The notes: generated from the letters alone by a model not told the origin. A DNA stretch of 64,000 bases from an uncultured delta proteobacterium (GCA_963790475.1 CAWBOS010000015.1:352001-416000); one strand, 5' to 3'; positions 1 to 10,704 are shown, numbered from the stretch's first letter. Numbers and translations: made by a program.

Positions 1-867
1 TCTGAAAATGTCAGCCAACATGCCGAAGGGTACACGTCCAAAAAGGCTGAAAAAAGTGTACAGCATTATGGTGGTGCCGGCGGTCTTTCTGGTCATGCCC
101 AGGTTGGTCAGGTAGGGTATGGCGTACAGCATGACGGTGCTCAGGGTGGCATTTTGGAATAAAGTCACCACGGCCAAATGCCAGAAAGCCCGCATCTTAA
201 GCGCTTCTTTGACACTGGTGCCGAAATCAGCAGCGGGGGGGGATTCAGACTTGTCGGGTTTATTGGGAGTCTTTCCATCCGGCTCTAATCCATAATCAGC
301 GGGACGACTTCGGAAGATAAATGACAGCGACAGGCCAAGTACCAAAAAACCAATGGCCGTATATAGAAGAGTGGTCCGCCAGCTTAATTTGTCAATCAGG
401 GTTACCACTAAAGGAACTGCCACCCCACCTACTCCCGTCCCCATAAAGAACAGTCCATTGGCCTTGCCGATATCCTTCCTGAACCACCTGGATATCACCA
501 CCAGAGGGAGCATCCCGGTAACAAGGGAACTGCCCACGCCGGCTAAAAGGAACCCGAGATAGTACATCGCTAAATGGTGCATTTGGCTCAGGATAAATAG
601 TCCCAGGGAAGCACAAACCACACCGATTCTCATGAGACTTTTGGGAGAGTAGCGGTCAACCGCAGGCCCCCAGAGGGGATTGAATACCCCTATCTCAAGA
701 CTGCGAAGGGAAGAAGCCAGGGATACTTGAGCCATGCTCCAGCCAAAGGTGGCGATCATCGGACCGACGAAAGCGGTCCATCCGTAGCCGACGATCGAAC
801 TGAAAACAAAACTCAGCACCGCGCCTGAAATGACTATATACCAGCCATAAAACAACTTTGGCTTCAC
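1..867 (-). CDS. MFS transporter (OFA/MCT-like), runs off the window's left edge
   Basis: Not in the ORF track. Manual translation from GTG at 867 (GAGGG upstream) gives MKPKLFYGWYIVISGAVLSF...FGWSMAQVSLASSL...GPAVDRYSPK, a typical MFS N-terminus and motif A with hydrophobic helices. Confidence 0.85.
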   Translation of the reverse strand, partial: MKPKLFYGWYIVISGAVLSFVFSSIVGYGWTAFVGPMIATFGWSMAQVSLASSLRSLEIGVFNPLWGPAVDRYSPKSLMRIGVVCASLGLFILSQMHHLAMYYLGFLLAGVGSSLVTGMLPLVVISRWFRKDIGKANGLFFMGTGVGGVAVPLVVTLIDKLSWRTTLLYTAIGFLVLGLSLSFIFRSRPADYGLEPDGKTPNKPDKSESPPAADFGTSVKEALKMRAFWHLAVVTLFQNATLSTVMLYAIPYLTNLGMTRKTAGTTIMLYTFFSLFGRVPFGMLADIFR

Positions 868-955
868 GTTTAATACCCTCTCAATCACTTTTATTTAATT
901 TTTTTCAAATCAGACCTTTTGTAAAAGCCGAACACCGAAAGGTTTTGACCGGGAC

Positions 956-1207
956 TCAAACTCCGGCATTCCCGTTTAATTTGATGCCATGCAGACTTCC
1001 CCAAGGCACCCTGCTCTCTGTTTCCGCTAATTCTTTAGGACCTTCTATCAAGGAAGAATCATAGTAATATTCGTCTTTAATGACGTTTAACAGGATAATT
1101 TCTTCAGTACCCAGCTCTTTTAATTCTTTTACATATTCCAGAGCCTTCATGGATACGGTGGAAAAGTCCGTAGGGAATAAAACCTTTTTGAACATTTTTT
1201 CTTTCAT
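956..1207 (-). pseudogene. Truncated universal stress protein (USP)
   Basis: MFKKVLFPTDFSTVSMKALEY...EIILLNV is the USP N-terminus. The ORF stops after about 83 aa and lacks the DLIVxG motif. Confidence 0.6.
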
Positions 1208-1718
1208 TGCTTCCCCCCTTTTGAAAAAGAACACGTTTTGACTCTTTCCCTGCGTTGCCAAAAGTTTAACTCAAAGGTCGTCGGTGCAAACAGGGTTTGA
1301 TTTTCTATTAAATCCCGTCGCCGTATATGGGAAGGCTTTCCTGTAATTTTCCCAACTTCAACGCCGGCGGTTCTTAAGGCGAAAATCGGATGGATTGGAT
1401 CAAAATTTTAATGGGGGAGCCCGGTAGCTAAAAAATGACAAAAATGAAGAAATTTCAAAGGGCGCTTTTTCAAAAATTTCATCAAAATAAAAACCAGTTA
1501 TTAATCTTAGAGTTCGGAAAAATTATTGTCATCGAACGCCCGATCATAAAAACCTGTAGCCAGAATGCAAAACAGGACAAAAATTAAAAATAGAATTCCT
1601 TCCCTTTTTCCTCTGATCATTGACGCCAATCTCTTTACAAAAATATAATAAAGATATAATAATATTGAATAAGCTTTTTGTCAACACAGGTTGTCCCCAA
1701 TATGAAAGGAGCGAAAAA

Positions 1719-2858
1719 ATGGACTTTGAATTGACCGAAGAACTAAGAATGTTAAAAGAAATGGCTTACAAATTTGCCCTCACCGAATTCAAACCCGTTT
1801 CACAGGAATGCGATGAAAAGGAAAAGTACACACCGGAGATCCGGAAAAAGGCCGGGGAAAACGGGCTGGTCGGCTCTTGGATCCCGGAAGAGTATGGGGG
1901 GGCCGGGGCCGGTATCCTGGGCAATGCTATCATCACTGAAGAATTCTCCAAGATCGACATGGGCATAGGGCTGAATATCGTGGCTGCCAGTTTCGGCTGT
2001 GAATCCATCTTGCACTATGGAACGGAAGAACAAAAAAAGACCTATCTGCCCCTGGTCTGCTCGGGCGAAAAAGTCTCTGCCGGGGCCTATACCGAGCCCA
2101 ATGCCGGCACCGATGTGGCGGGGTACAAGACCAAGGCGGTTAAAGACGGCGGGGATTATATCATCAATGGGAACAAGATGTTCATCACCAACGGATCGGT
2201 CTGTGATTTCATGGTGGCCCAGTGCATCACCAATCCACAGGAGAAGAAACACAACAGCTTCAGCCTCATCATTGTTCCGGCCGATGCCAAAGGGATAAGC
2301 CGAAATAAGATCAAAGGGAAAATGGGGATTCGCTCCAGTGATACGGCCGAGATCGCCTTTGAAGACGTTCGGGTTCCTCAGATCAACCTTTTGGGCATAG
2401 AAGGACGGGGTTTTATGGAGCTGATGCACTTTTTTGATACCACACGGGTTATGATAGCCGCCCAGGGTCTGGGACTCAGCGAGGCCTGTCTGGAAGCAAG
2501 CATCCGCTATGTCAAGGAGAGGACTGTTTTTGGGGCTCCTTTGGGGACCTTTCAACTTACCCAAAAGAAATTGACGGAAATGGCCATCATGATCGAAGCC
2601 CTGCGGGGTTTGGCTTACAAGGCGGCCTGGTTGATTGATGTGGGTCGCCCCGATTATCATCTGGCGGCCATGGCCAAATTTTTCAGCGGTCAAACCGCGG
2701 TCTTTTGTGCTAATTACGCCGTAGAGCTTCATGGCGGGTATGGCTATATCGAGGAATATCCCGTTCAAAAATGGTATCGCGACGCCAAGATTCTGGAGAT
2801 TTACGAAGGGACCAAAGAAGCGGAAATTATGACCATCGGCCGCAAGTTGCAGGCCTGA
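1719..2858 (+). CDS. Acyl-CoA dehydrogenase
   Basis: TEPNAGTD, INGNKMFITNG, KMGIRSSDT, HGGYGY and IYEGT motifs. Start moved to MDFEL after AAGGAG. Confidence 0.95.
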   Translation: MDFELTEELRMLKEMAYKFALTEFKPVSQECDEKEKYTPEIRKKAGENGLVGSWIPEEYGGAGAGILGNAIITEEFSKIDMGIGLNIVAASFGCESILHYGTEEQKKTYLPLVCSGEKVSAGAYTEPNAGTDVAGYKTKAVKDGGDYIINGNKMFITNGSVCDFMVAQCITNPQEKKHNSFSLIIVPADAKGISRNKIKGKMGIRSSDTAEIAFEDVRVPQINLLGIEGRGFMELMHFFDTTRVMIAAQGLGLSEACLEASIRYVKERTVFGAPLGTFQLTQKKLTEMAIMIEALRGLAYKAAWLIDVGRPDYHLAAMAKFFSGQTAVFCANYAVELHGGYGYIEEYPVQKWYRDAKILEIYEGTKEAEIMTIGRKLQA

Positions 2859-2890
2859 TTGTTTTGAATAGTAGATTGCAGGTTGGACCG

Positions 2891-2931
2891 GATGGCCCGG
2901 ACCATTTCCAATAAAAATGGTCCGGGCCATC
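2891..2931. terminator. Hairpin between convergent genes, probable terminator
   Basis: Perfect 17-bp inverted repeat GATGGCCCGGACCATTT / AAATGGTCCGGGCCATC. Confidence 0.6.
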
Positions 2932-3096
2932 AAACAGGTTTCCGCAGGAGGGGAGTCTATACTGTGGGACTTTTAAATTGACCCATAGGCTGTTAACCAT
3001 ATTAAAAACTTTTGACGAATTTGCGTATCGGGGGAAACAGACTATCCAACGTACCCTTTAGCAGTATTCGGCCCCTCCCGGTAAGGAAATCTCCGG

Positions 3097-3912
3097 CTAT
3101 TTTCCCAAGATCTCTTTCAGAAATTTCTTAAGCTCATCCCAGGATTGTTTGTCGGCCTGGGCGTTGTATCCGATGGGCATGTTAAACTTTTTCGCTAAGG
3201 CATCGGCTTCAGGATTGGTAAAGCTGTGTAAGGCCCCCGGATAGGTGATAAACTGGAAATCGGCACCGGCAGCGGCCATTTCTTTCTTAAAGGCCTCAAT
3301 CTGTTCCGGGGTGGAAAACTTATCGTCTCCGCCATGGAGGACCAGGATCCTGGCTTTGATTGAGCCCGGTTGAGCCGGCTTAACAGCGCTTAAATTTCCG
3401 TGAAAGCTGGCCACTCCTCTTAGATTAACCCCTTGCCGGGCCATATTGAGGACAATGCCGCCTCCGAAACAATAGCCGATTGCCGCCATCCGGATGGTAT
3501 CGACCGTGGGCTGCTTTTTAAGGAAATCCATCCCGGCCAGAAAACGCGCCTTGGCCAGGTCGAAATTCTTCATCAAGGCCGATGAAAATTTTTGAGCGTC
3601 CTCAGGATGGGCCGCCACCCGGTCCCCCCCATACATATCCAGGGCCAGCGCCGTATATCCCAGTTCGGCCAGCATGCGGGCCCGCATCCGCACATAATCA
3701 TTGAGCCCCCACCACTCATGGACCACTAGCACGGCCGGTCGCCGTCCTTGGATGTTCTTATCATAGGCCAGATAACCGATCATCTCCACACCACCGGCGG
3801 TGTAGCGGACATTCGACCCTTCGATTTTAGGCTGGGCCACGGCTTGCCCTATGATTCCTAACAACAAAAAGAAAACAAAGAAAACGGTGGTGATAATCAA
3901 TATTTTTTTCAT
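3097..3912 (-). CDS. Secreted dienelactone hydrolase family protein
   Basis: Signal peptide MKKILII...AVA; VVHEWWGLND, GYCFGG nucleophile elbow, YPGALHSF. Confidence 0.92.
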   Translation of the reverse strand: MKKILIITTVFFVFFLLLGIIGQAVAQPKIEGSNVRYTAGGVEMIGYLAYDKNIQGRRPAVLVVHEWWGLNDYVRMRARMLAELGYTALALDMYGGDRVAAHPEDAQKFSSALMKNFDLAKARFLAGMDFLKKQPTVDTIRMAAIGYCFGGGIVLNMARQGVNLRGVASFHGNLSAVKPAQPGSIKARILVLHGGDDKFSTPEQIEAFKKEMAAAGADFQFITYPGALHSFTNPEADALAKKFNMPIGYNAQADKQSWDELKKFLKEILGK

Positions 3913-4316
3913 CGCACCATCTTCGACTTCATCATTAAATCCTAACCATTTAACTTTTTGATAAAACATTTCGGATTCCCTCCAATCTTTTTATTTTAAC
4001 CCCTCAGGCCCTCGATAGGGCGCCAACGAAGGATGAAAATGGACTGACGGCGAACGTTGAACTTTGAACACTGAATAGCATTTTCTATAATCAGGCTATT
4101 GACTTTTAGGCTTTTATTTGATTTTTTATTTTATTAGCAATGAATACCTATTGGGAATAGGGGAAAGAAGGTATTTTTATGGAGAAAAGTCTGTATTTGA
4201 AAAGCGTTTTTGCGGAAGGCAGGAGATCCCTGGATCGAAGTGTCAAGAGGCAATCCCGCAGTTATTAATGGTCTCATAGTAGTTTTGACATGAAACGTTT
4301 TAGTTCGCATTAGCTT

Positions 4317-4535
4317 AAGGACCGAGGGGTTTTATTTTTGGGGTTGTCCACCTTGAACCTGGAGCCTTCTTTGACGGGCCAATTATTTAATCCCGTTGGC
4401 GGGACAGGCCTTCACCAGTGCACAAAACAGGCTGCTGTGTATGCCCTGCCTCAAATTAAACTTCGCTGGACTGGCCGGGATAGGGCGATAAGTTACCTTT
4501 TGGACAAACCCCAAAAATAAAACCCCTCGGTCCTT
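4317..4535. mobile_element. MITE-like element with about 34-bp terminal inverted repeats
   Basis: AAGGACCGAGGGGTTTTATTTTTGGGGTTGTCCA (4317-4350) matches the reverse complement of 4501-4535 except for one T indel. The 150-bp interior has no convincing ORF and there is no clear target-site duplication. Confidence 0.55.
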
Positions 4536-4637
4536 TTTAGTCGATATTACTTTGAGACCCTTAATAATTGGAGGCCGCACCCTTCACTGCCTTAGCAAAA
4601 GCTTGGTCGTCTCCGATGAATGAGAAATGAAAGATAG

Positions 4638-4676
4638 GAAAGGTTTTTGAAACTAAACCAATTTCAAAAACCTTTC
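4638..4676 (-). terminator. Hairpin downstream of aldo/keto reductase
   Basis: Perfect 15-bp inverted repeat GAAAGGTTTTTGAAA / TTTCAAAAACCTTTC, about 25 bp past the stop codon. Confidence 0.55.
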
Positions 4677-4700
4677 AAGTAGTTAATCATAAAAAATCGG

Positions 4701-5822
4701 TCATTTGAACTTGGCCAGTTCAGCGGCCACATCTTTCATGCGCTCCGGAATTTCAATCTTCTGGGGGCATTTATCCAGACATTCGCCGCATTCTATGCAA
4801 AATTCCGCCGCCTCTTCATCGGGGACCAGGCGTTTGTGGTAGAGCTGGACAAAACCGTCCTTGAAATTCTGCTGCGACCCGTAAATCCGGATGTAGTTCA
4901 GGAGCAGCAAATTGGTGGGAATATCCACCTTGCTGGGACAGGGCATGCAGTAGCTGCAGCCGGTGCAGTACAGATCTTCAAGACCTTTAATCTGGCCCAG
5001 CATGGCGTTTATATCTTCACCTTCGATCTGAGACAGGGGCTCGTCATGATCAGCAATCCTTACGTTTTCCTCGATCATTTCCATGGTGTTCATGCCGGAC
5101 AGGGCAGCCCCCACATTGGGATTTGAAAAAACGAATCTTAAACAAAGGTCGGCCAGACTTCTTCCTTCCCTGGGTTTGAGTTGACTCAAGAAGGTGATCC
5201 GGCCTCCGCCCACCGGTCCCATGACGGTGACCCCCATTCCTTTTTCCACAGCCCTGGCGATGGCGGATTCGTTGTACCGGTGCAGAAGATTATACTGAAC
5301 CAGCATGGATTCAAATTCACCGGTATCGATGATTTTCATGATATTGGCAGGAGTGTCGTGGCATGAAAAGCTGATATGCCGGATCAGCCCTTCTTTTTTG
5401 GCCTTTCGCAAGTCGTCCATATAGCCTTTGGGCTCGGCCTTATGCTGATAAACGTTCCAGTTCAGCCCGTGGATGTGATAGAAATCAATATAGTCGGTCT
5501 TGAGTTTTTTAAGCTGAAGATCCAGTCTTTTTCGATATTCCGCCGGCTCTGTATTCATAGGGTTTTTGGTGGAGACATAGAGCCCGCTCCGATCTCTTCC
5601 TGTAATGGCTTCTCCAACAGCCCTCTCGCTGGTTTCATTCAGATAAGCCCAGGCCGTGTCGACATAATTTATACCGGAATCCAGTCCTTTCTGAATCATG
5701 GGGACACTTTTGTCCAGATCCACCTGCTGGTTTTCACCCTCACCCATCATGGGCAGCCGCATGGCCCCGAATCCCAGAATGGAAACTCTTGCTCCGGTAT
5801 TTCCGAATTTTCGGTATTTCAT
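4701..5822 (-). CDS. Aldo/keto reductase with C-terminal 4Fe-4S dicluster
   Basis: LGFGAMRLP, GINYVDTAWAY, CTGCSYCMPCP and CIECGECLDKCPQ. Confidence 0.93.
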   Translation of the reverse strand: MKYRKFGNTGARVSILGFGAMRLPMMGEGENQQVDLDKSVPMIQKGLDSGINYVDTAWAYLNETSERAVGEAITGRDRSGLYVSTKNPMNTEPAEYRKRLDLQLKKLKTDYIDFYHIHGLNWNVYQHKAEPKGYMDDLRKAKKEGLIRHISFSCHDTPANIMKIIDTGEFESMLVQYNLLHRYNESAIARAVEKGMGVTVMGPVGGGRITFLSQLKPREGRSLADLCLRFVFSNPNVGAALSGMNTMEMIEENVRIADHDEPLSQIEGEDINAMLGQIKGLEDLYCTGCSYCMPCPSKVDIPTNLLLLNYIRIYGSQQNFKDGFVQLYHKRLVPDEEAAEFCIECGECLDKCPQKIEIPERMKDVAAELAKFK

Positions 5823-5994
5823 TTTTTTAACTCCTTTTCCTGTGTTACTGTTAAGTGCTAAACGGCAGATGCCATCGACGGATGGATAGGGGTGATAATC
5901 CCTTTTATCGTTCTCAACCTGTCATAACAATAGCTAAGGTATCATAGCCATGGCAACATAAATATTATAGACTAATTTTGCCTCCCGGTAATCT

Positions 5995-7589
5995 TTATGT
6001 CCTGGGAATAACCGGCAGCAGCAAATGTGAGTTGAACGATCCTCCGGTGTGGATCGAGTTGGTACCGCTCCGAATGCGATCTCTGGGGTCCGCGTGAATA
6101 AAGTAAAATCCCGTGGAATCATCATCCTTCGATCCGACTTCAAGTACCAGCCGATCCCCCGGTTCAAACACAATGCTGGTGGGCCAAATCTCAATCTCAA
6201 CCGTAAGAACCTCCCCGGACTTTACTTTCTGAAGTTCATCGTGAGTATGGTAGGGGCGATAAGGTTTTGAACGCTGGGGGTCCAGTTTTCGATGAGAAAC
6301 CCGCAACCAGCCATAAGCGGCAGCCACCACACTCCCCGTAGGGCTCGGCCCTACAAAAGTCACTTCTTTCCCGTCAGGTCCGAATTTGCGAAGGATAACG
6401 AACAGGTCGGCGTCATCAATGCTTGAAGACACCCAAAGGTGGAGATTGATGGGGCCGGTGATCTCGGTATCTTGCTCAAAAGGGGCCGTTGAAAAGGTGA
6501 CCCGCGTTTTCGCGGCATCCGGGTCCCCTTCAAAGTTGACCGAGTTTTCCTCTTTGGGCTGCTTGGTTACCAGAGAACTTTTGGAGGCATCGAGATAATA
6601 TTCCGTCCAATGGGTCCTGGCAATAGGCCACTCGTTTTCGTAACGCCACACATAGCGGTCATGGCCGTAGCGGATGGCCAGCTTGACCGGAGGCTCCCGG
6701 GTAATGCCAGTATCGGTACTTTTCAGCCATTGCTCCAGGAATCTCTTTTGCGTCAAACGCCCTTCGAGCGAATAGAAAGGGCCGACATGGTCGCCGACAT
6801 GGATTTGCAGATATTTGTTTTTTGAACCGGCCCCGACATAACCCTCGACATTCCCTCTCAAGTGAAGGCCGGCCCCCCCCAGTTGCCGGCAGATAACAGC
6901 GGCACCTGAATATCGGCAATATTAGGGTTATTCTGCTCCAGGGCCGGGGTTAAAAGCTCAGGATAAATGGGGGGCAGGTCCTGCCTAATGGGCTCGTCGA
7001 CAGGCTCTTTGCCTTTATCGGACCGATATTTACTGACATTTTTTGCCCAGGCTTGAGTGAAACCGCTGGAGTATATACCTCCATGGCGATTGGCGTCGCG
7101 GTAACCGTCAGCCGCCCCCTCCCAGGGGACAATGGCCGCCAGGTGAGGCGGCTGCAGAGCCGCCACTCGCCAGGAATTCATGGCGAAATAGGAAACCCCC
7201 ATCACCGCCACTTTTCCGTTGCTCCACTCCCGGGTCCCGGCCCATTCCACAGCATCATAGAAGTCCTCGGCCTCCTGACGGGAAAGCACGCTAAGCCTTC
7301 CGGGTGATTTTCCGGAACCCCGGGCATCGATGCGAATGACCACATATCCCTGGGGCACCCACCATTCCGGATTCACCGTTTCCCAGTGCATGTAGGGGCC
7401 TTTTTCCTTTAGGTTGGCATAGGCGTCGGGGACCCATTTGCTGAAATGAATATCCTTGGGATAAGGGCCCAGGGTCATGATAACCGGAAATTTGCTTGAA
7501 TCCGCCGGACGAAAGACGTTGGCAATGAGGTTAGCGCCGTCCCGGATTTTGATGGATACATCCTTTTCAACGATGAGTTGATAAAACAT
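5995..7589 (-). pseudogene. CocE/NonD family serine hydrolase, split by a one-base frameshift (may be a sequencing error)
   Basis: N-half (6858-7589) has DARGSGKSPG and GVSYFA. C-half (5995-6861) has the GWLRVSHR and EIWPTS C-terminal domain. Adding one G to the G8 run at 6873-6880 restores NWGGAGLHLRGNVEG. Confidence 0.88.
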
Positions 7590-7622
7590 AACCTGTTTCT
7601 CCTTTATACCGAGGATAGATTC

Positions 7623-8150
7623 TTACAAGCGCAAGGAAACCTTTCTAATCGTTTTTGCCTGGAGTCCGCGGCTTACCTTTTCCAGAAGCTTGATCAAAAC
7701 CAGTTGTTCTTTTTCAGTCAGATTCGGCACCAAAAGCCCAAGCTCACCCGTATAATAAGGCAAAAAAGCGTCTAATCGTTTACGACCTTTATCCGTCAGT
7801 CGAACCACCAACTTTCGACGATCCCCTTTATGTTGAAGACGTTGTATATGTCCATCCTTGGCCAGGGTATCCAATAACCCGGTCATCGTCGCCCGGGTTA
7901 CCCCTATTTTTTCGGATAACCCGGAGGGGGTAACCTCTTCCTCCGGATCGCGATTAAGTACCGCAATGATCAAAAATCCGCCTTGAGACAAACCGGCCTT
8001 CCTGAAAAGTTTATCCGCCATGACCAGCAGGTCACTGCCGGTGCGAAGCAACATGAGACAAGACCTCATGGCCGATGGTTTAAGAGTCGGATAGCGGTCC
8101 TTCAATAAGGATAGTGTGTTCAACGTTGGGATATCTCGCAATAGAAACAT
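7623..8150 (-). CDS. MarR family transcriptional regulator
   Basis: TPSGLSEKIGVTRATMTGLLDTL helix-turn-helix; DRRKLVVRLTDKG wing. Confidence 0.93.
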   Translation of the reverse strand: MFLLRDIPTLNTLSLLKDRYPTLKPSAMRSCLMLLRTGSDLLVMADKLFRKAGLSQGGFLIIAVLNRDPEEEVTPSGLSEKIGVTRATMTGLLDTLAKDGHIQRLQHKGDRRKLVVRLTDKGRKRLDAFLPYYTGELGLLVPNLTEKEQLVLIKLLEKVSRGLQAKTIRKVSLRL

Positions 8151-8174
8151 CGGCCTTCACTCCTGGGCTATTTG

Positions 8175-8215
8175 ATTAGTCCACTAATTATCTGTGGCCT
8201 TATTATAAATGTCAA
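8175..8215 (-). promoter_or_regulatory. Sigma-70 promoter of marR-cocE with overlapping palindromic operator
   Basis: TTGACA-17-GATAAT on the minus strand (8215-8187). Palindrome ATTAGT-CC-ACTAAT (8175-8188) overlaps the -10/+1 region. Confidence 0.6.
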
Positions 8216-8274
8216 TAATCTTTTTAGACCGAGTTTTGAATTTCAAGGTACCGTATCGAAGCCCAAAACCCCCC

Positions 8275-8303
8275 TTGACACTCAGGTTCCTCGTTCTTAT
8301 AAT
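8275..8303 (+). promoter_or_regulatory. Consensus sigma-70 promoter upstream of the DinB-family gene
   Basis: TTGACA-17-TATAAT, an exact consensus match. Confidence 0.7.
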
Positions 8304-8448
8304 TTTAAAAGAAAGCAGAAATTTCTTATCAGCTTTATCCAAACTCTTTTTAAAATTACCCGCTGTAAACAATGAATTAGGCAGATCAGCCAACAAATAG
8401 GAAACAAATCTTTTTAAAGGTTAATTTTTTCAAAAGGAGGAACGAAAC

Positions 8449-8955
8449 ATGGCATCTCCAGAAGGCGCGAAATTGGCGCAATTGATTCGGGAGAAGGTGG
8501 CAGAAATGAACCGGCTTTGTAAGGGATTGGACGAGGGCACGGCCTCCCGGGCTCCCGAGGGAAGATGGACTCCCAAGGAGATCATCTCCCATCTGTCCGG
8601 TCCTGAAGGCATCGGTTATGGGCCGGCCCTCCAGGCCATCCTGAAGCAGGATACTCCCCTAATAGAGATTGAAGCTGCCAACCCCTATTATACGGGGAAG
8701 CGCCCCCAAATGAAATTTTCTGAACTTTTATCCGAGCTTCAAAGAGAATACGGCCGAATGGCGGACGTGGTCGAATCTTTATCCGATGAGCAGTTGGCCC
8801 GGAAGGCCCATGTCCCCTTATTCAAGGATTTACCAATAGGAGAATATCCGACCCTGATGGTGTTTGTTCAGGCCTTAGCCGGATATCACATGGGTGATCA
8901 TCTCAACCACATGAAGGAGATTCTCCAAGGTCTGGGGGTCGCCCTTCCCTCTTAA
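8449..8955 (+). CDS. DinB/YfiT superfamily protein
   Basis: GRWTPKEIISHL and the C-terminal HxxxH metal motif (HMGDHLNH); AGGAGG RBS. Confidence 0.85.
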   Translation: MASPEGAKLAQLIREKVAEMNRLCKGLDEGTASRAPEGRWTPKEIISHLSGPEGIGYGPALQAILKQDTPLIEIEAANPYYTGKRPQMKFSELLSELQREYGRMADVVESLSDEQLARKAHVPLFKDLPIGEYPTLMVFVQALAGYHMGDHLNHMKEILQGLGVALPS

Positions 8956-9202
8956 AGGTCACGATAATCCCCCTAATTAACCCTGTCCGCTTCAAGCGGG
9001 CCAAAGCGGATAGGGACTTTTATAGAAGGAGATAGGGATAAGTCCGGTCGGGCTTGGAGTTGATCGTTAGCCTTTTCCTGGAAGGAAACATTCGTTCTAA
9101 GCTGCACGTCTAAAATGGAGGAGACCGGCATCACCCCTGGGGCCTCATCCTGCGAGACTAAGGGGACTTAGTTTATTGTAAAAGTAATCGTTTTCCATGG
9201 TT

Positions 9203-9242
9203 GTCATTCCGGACTTGATCCGGAATCCAGTCTTTTCAACCT
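9203..9242. repeat. Left part of a REP-like palindromic repeat interrupted by IS110
   Basis: GTCATTCCGGACTTGATCCGGAATCCAG...; pairs with GGATTCCGGCTTTCGCAGGAATGAC at 10775-10799. Confidence 0.7.
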
Positions 9243-9343
9243 AGACATAATGGCTGACAATTAAAAAAGCGACCTGCCCCTTATCGTCGTGGGTTATATT
9301 AGGGAGTGATCCCAATACAGAGCCAAGAATAAGGAGGCAGGTC

Positions 9344-10456
9344 ATGAAACATTTTATCACAGTTGTCGGTATGGATGTACACAAAGATTCCATAGAGATT
9401 GTAATCGCCGAAACCACGGGAACTGAAGAAGTTCGGCATTACGGAAAAATTAACGGCGACATGGCCTCATTGGACAAAGCAGTCAGAAAACTCAAAAGCA
9501 CCAGTAGGGAACTGCACTTTGTCTATGAAGCTGGGCCATGCGGCTATGAGATTTACCGTCACCTATCCTCGCAGGGGTTTACTTGTGTGGTCGTTGCCCC
9601 CTCGAAGACTCCCAGACGGAGCGGCGACCGAGTCAAGAACGACCATCGCGATGCCCAGACACTGGCCCGGCTTTATCGGGCCGGGGAGTTAACCCCGGTC
9701 TATGTCCCTCGACCGGACGACGAAGCCATGAGAGATTTGACCCGCGCCCGGGAAGATGCGGTCAAGGCCTTGCGCACTGCTCGTCAACACTTAGGGGCTT
9801 TTCTGCTTCGGTATGGCCATAGGTACCCCGGTAAAACATCCTGGACGCCTGCTCATAGGCGTTGGCTATCGGACGTCACCATGCCCCACCCCGCCCAGCA
9901 GATTACCCTTCAGGAATATATCCACACGGTAAACGAGGGCACCCTGCGAGTCGGTCGTTTAGTTGACCAGAGTCTGAAGCTGTTGCCCCAATGGAGCCTG
10001 GCCCCAGTGGTTGAAGCCCTCCAGGCCCTCAGAGGGGTGGCTCCTATTGTGGCTATAACCACCGTCTCTGAGATCGGCGATATCACTCGTTTTGAGAACC
10101 CCCGGCAGTTCATGGCCTATCTGGGTCTGGTTCCCTCGGAACACTCCAGCGGCCAGTCCGTCAAACGGGGCAGCATCACCAAAACCGGCAATGGCCACGT
10201 AAGGCGCGTTCTCGTTGAAGCGGCGCATGCTTATAGCTATCCGGCCCGGATAAGCAGGTTTCTGCTCAAACGACAACAGGGACTGCCGCAGCCCATCCGG
10301 GAGATCGCCTGGAAGGCCCAGGTTAGACTCTGCGGCCGGTTCCGTAGGCTTATGGCCCAAGGAAAAATGAAAACCAAAGTGGTAACCGCCATCGCCCGCG
10401 AGCTCTCCGGCTTCATATGGGCGATTGCCAGGGAAGTTCAGTTACGAAACGTGTAG
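9344..10456 (+). CDS. IS110 family DEDD transposase/recombinase
   Basis: VGMDVHK, YEAGPCG, KNDHRDA, LGLVPSEHSSG, ITKTGN and AIARELSGF. Confidence 0.97.
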   Translation: MKHFITVVGMDVHKDSIEIVIAETTGTEEVRHYGKINGDMASLDKAVRKLKSTSRELHFVYEAGPCGYEIYRHLSSQGFTCVVVAPSKTPRRSGDRVKNDHRDAQTLARLYRAGELTPVYVPRPDDEAMRDLTRAREDAVKALRTARQHLGAFLLRYGHRYPGKTSWTPAHRRWLSDVTMPHPAQQITLQEYIHTVNEGTLRVGRLVDQSLKLLPQWSLAPVVEALQALRGVAPIVAITTVSEIGDITRFENPRQFMAYLGLVPSEHSSGQSVKRGSITKTGNGHVRRVLVEAAHAYSYPARISRFLLKRQQGLPQPIREIAWKAQVRLCGRFRRLMAQGKMKTKVVTAIARELSGFIWAIAREVQLRNV

Positions 10457-10512
10457 CCTAGGTCAAAAAACAAACCTTCTTAAAGGAGTATAGAGACCAC
10501 CCATTATATCCT

Positions 10513-10704
10513 ATCCAGGGGACCAGCAGAGACGCGACCCCGTTGGGAGAATCCTCGAGGAATCCAAGGAATAAGGTCATCCGAATTTCCGATCCTAGAG
10601 CGAGGCAGCTCCTGTGACGAAGTCAAGTCAGGCGTTCAAAATACGCGAATATCAGAATGATCAAACGTCGCTAAATCGGTCCCGTCTCTGCTTGTGCCCT
10701 GGAT
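10513..10704 (+). ncRNA. Putative bridge/seekRNA of the IS1111-type element
   Basis: Closing stem ATCCAGGG..AGCAGAGACG..GACC / GGTC..CGTCTCTGCT..CCCTGGAT encloses two stem-internal-loop arms (CCTCG/CGAGG and GTGACG/CGTCGC). Its position downstream of the transposase is the established IS1111 arrangement. Confidence 0.7.

Noticed and set aside
1262-1440. Riboswitch upstream of the USP fragment
   Set aside because: Some short stems, but no c-di-GMP, TPP, SAM or cobalamin consensus could be matched.
1800-2933. 377-aa minus-strand ORF
   Set aside because: Almost entirely antisense to the acyl-CoA dehydrogenase, with no motifs.
4351-4500. 6S RNA, suggested by CCTTGAACC
   Set aside because: Only a short match; I could not build the 6S rod with its central bubble, and the usual gene context is missing.
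5853-5861. CIRCE half-site AAGTGCTAA
   Set aside because: No partner half-site at 9-bp spacing, and it is not near a chaperone gene.
6858-6860. Selenocysteine readthrough at the CocE TGA
   Set aside because: The downstream half is in a different frame, so a frameshift explains the break.
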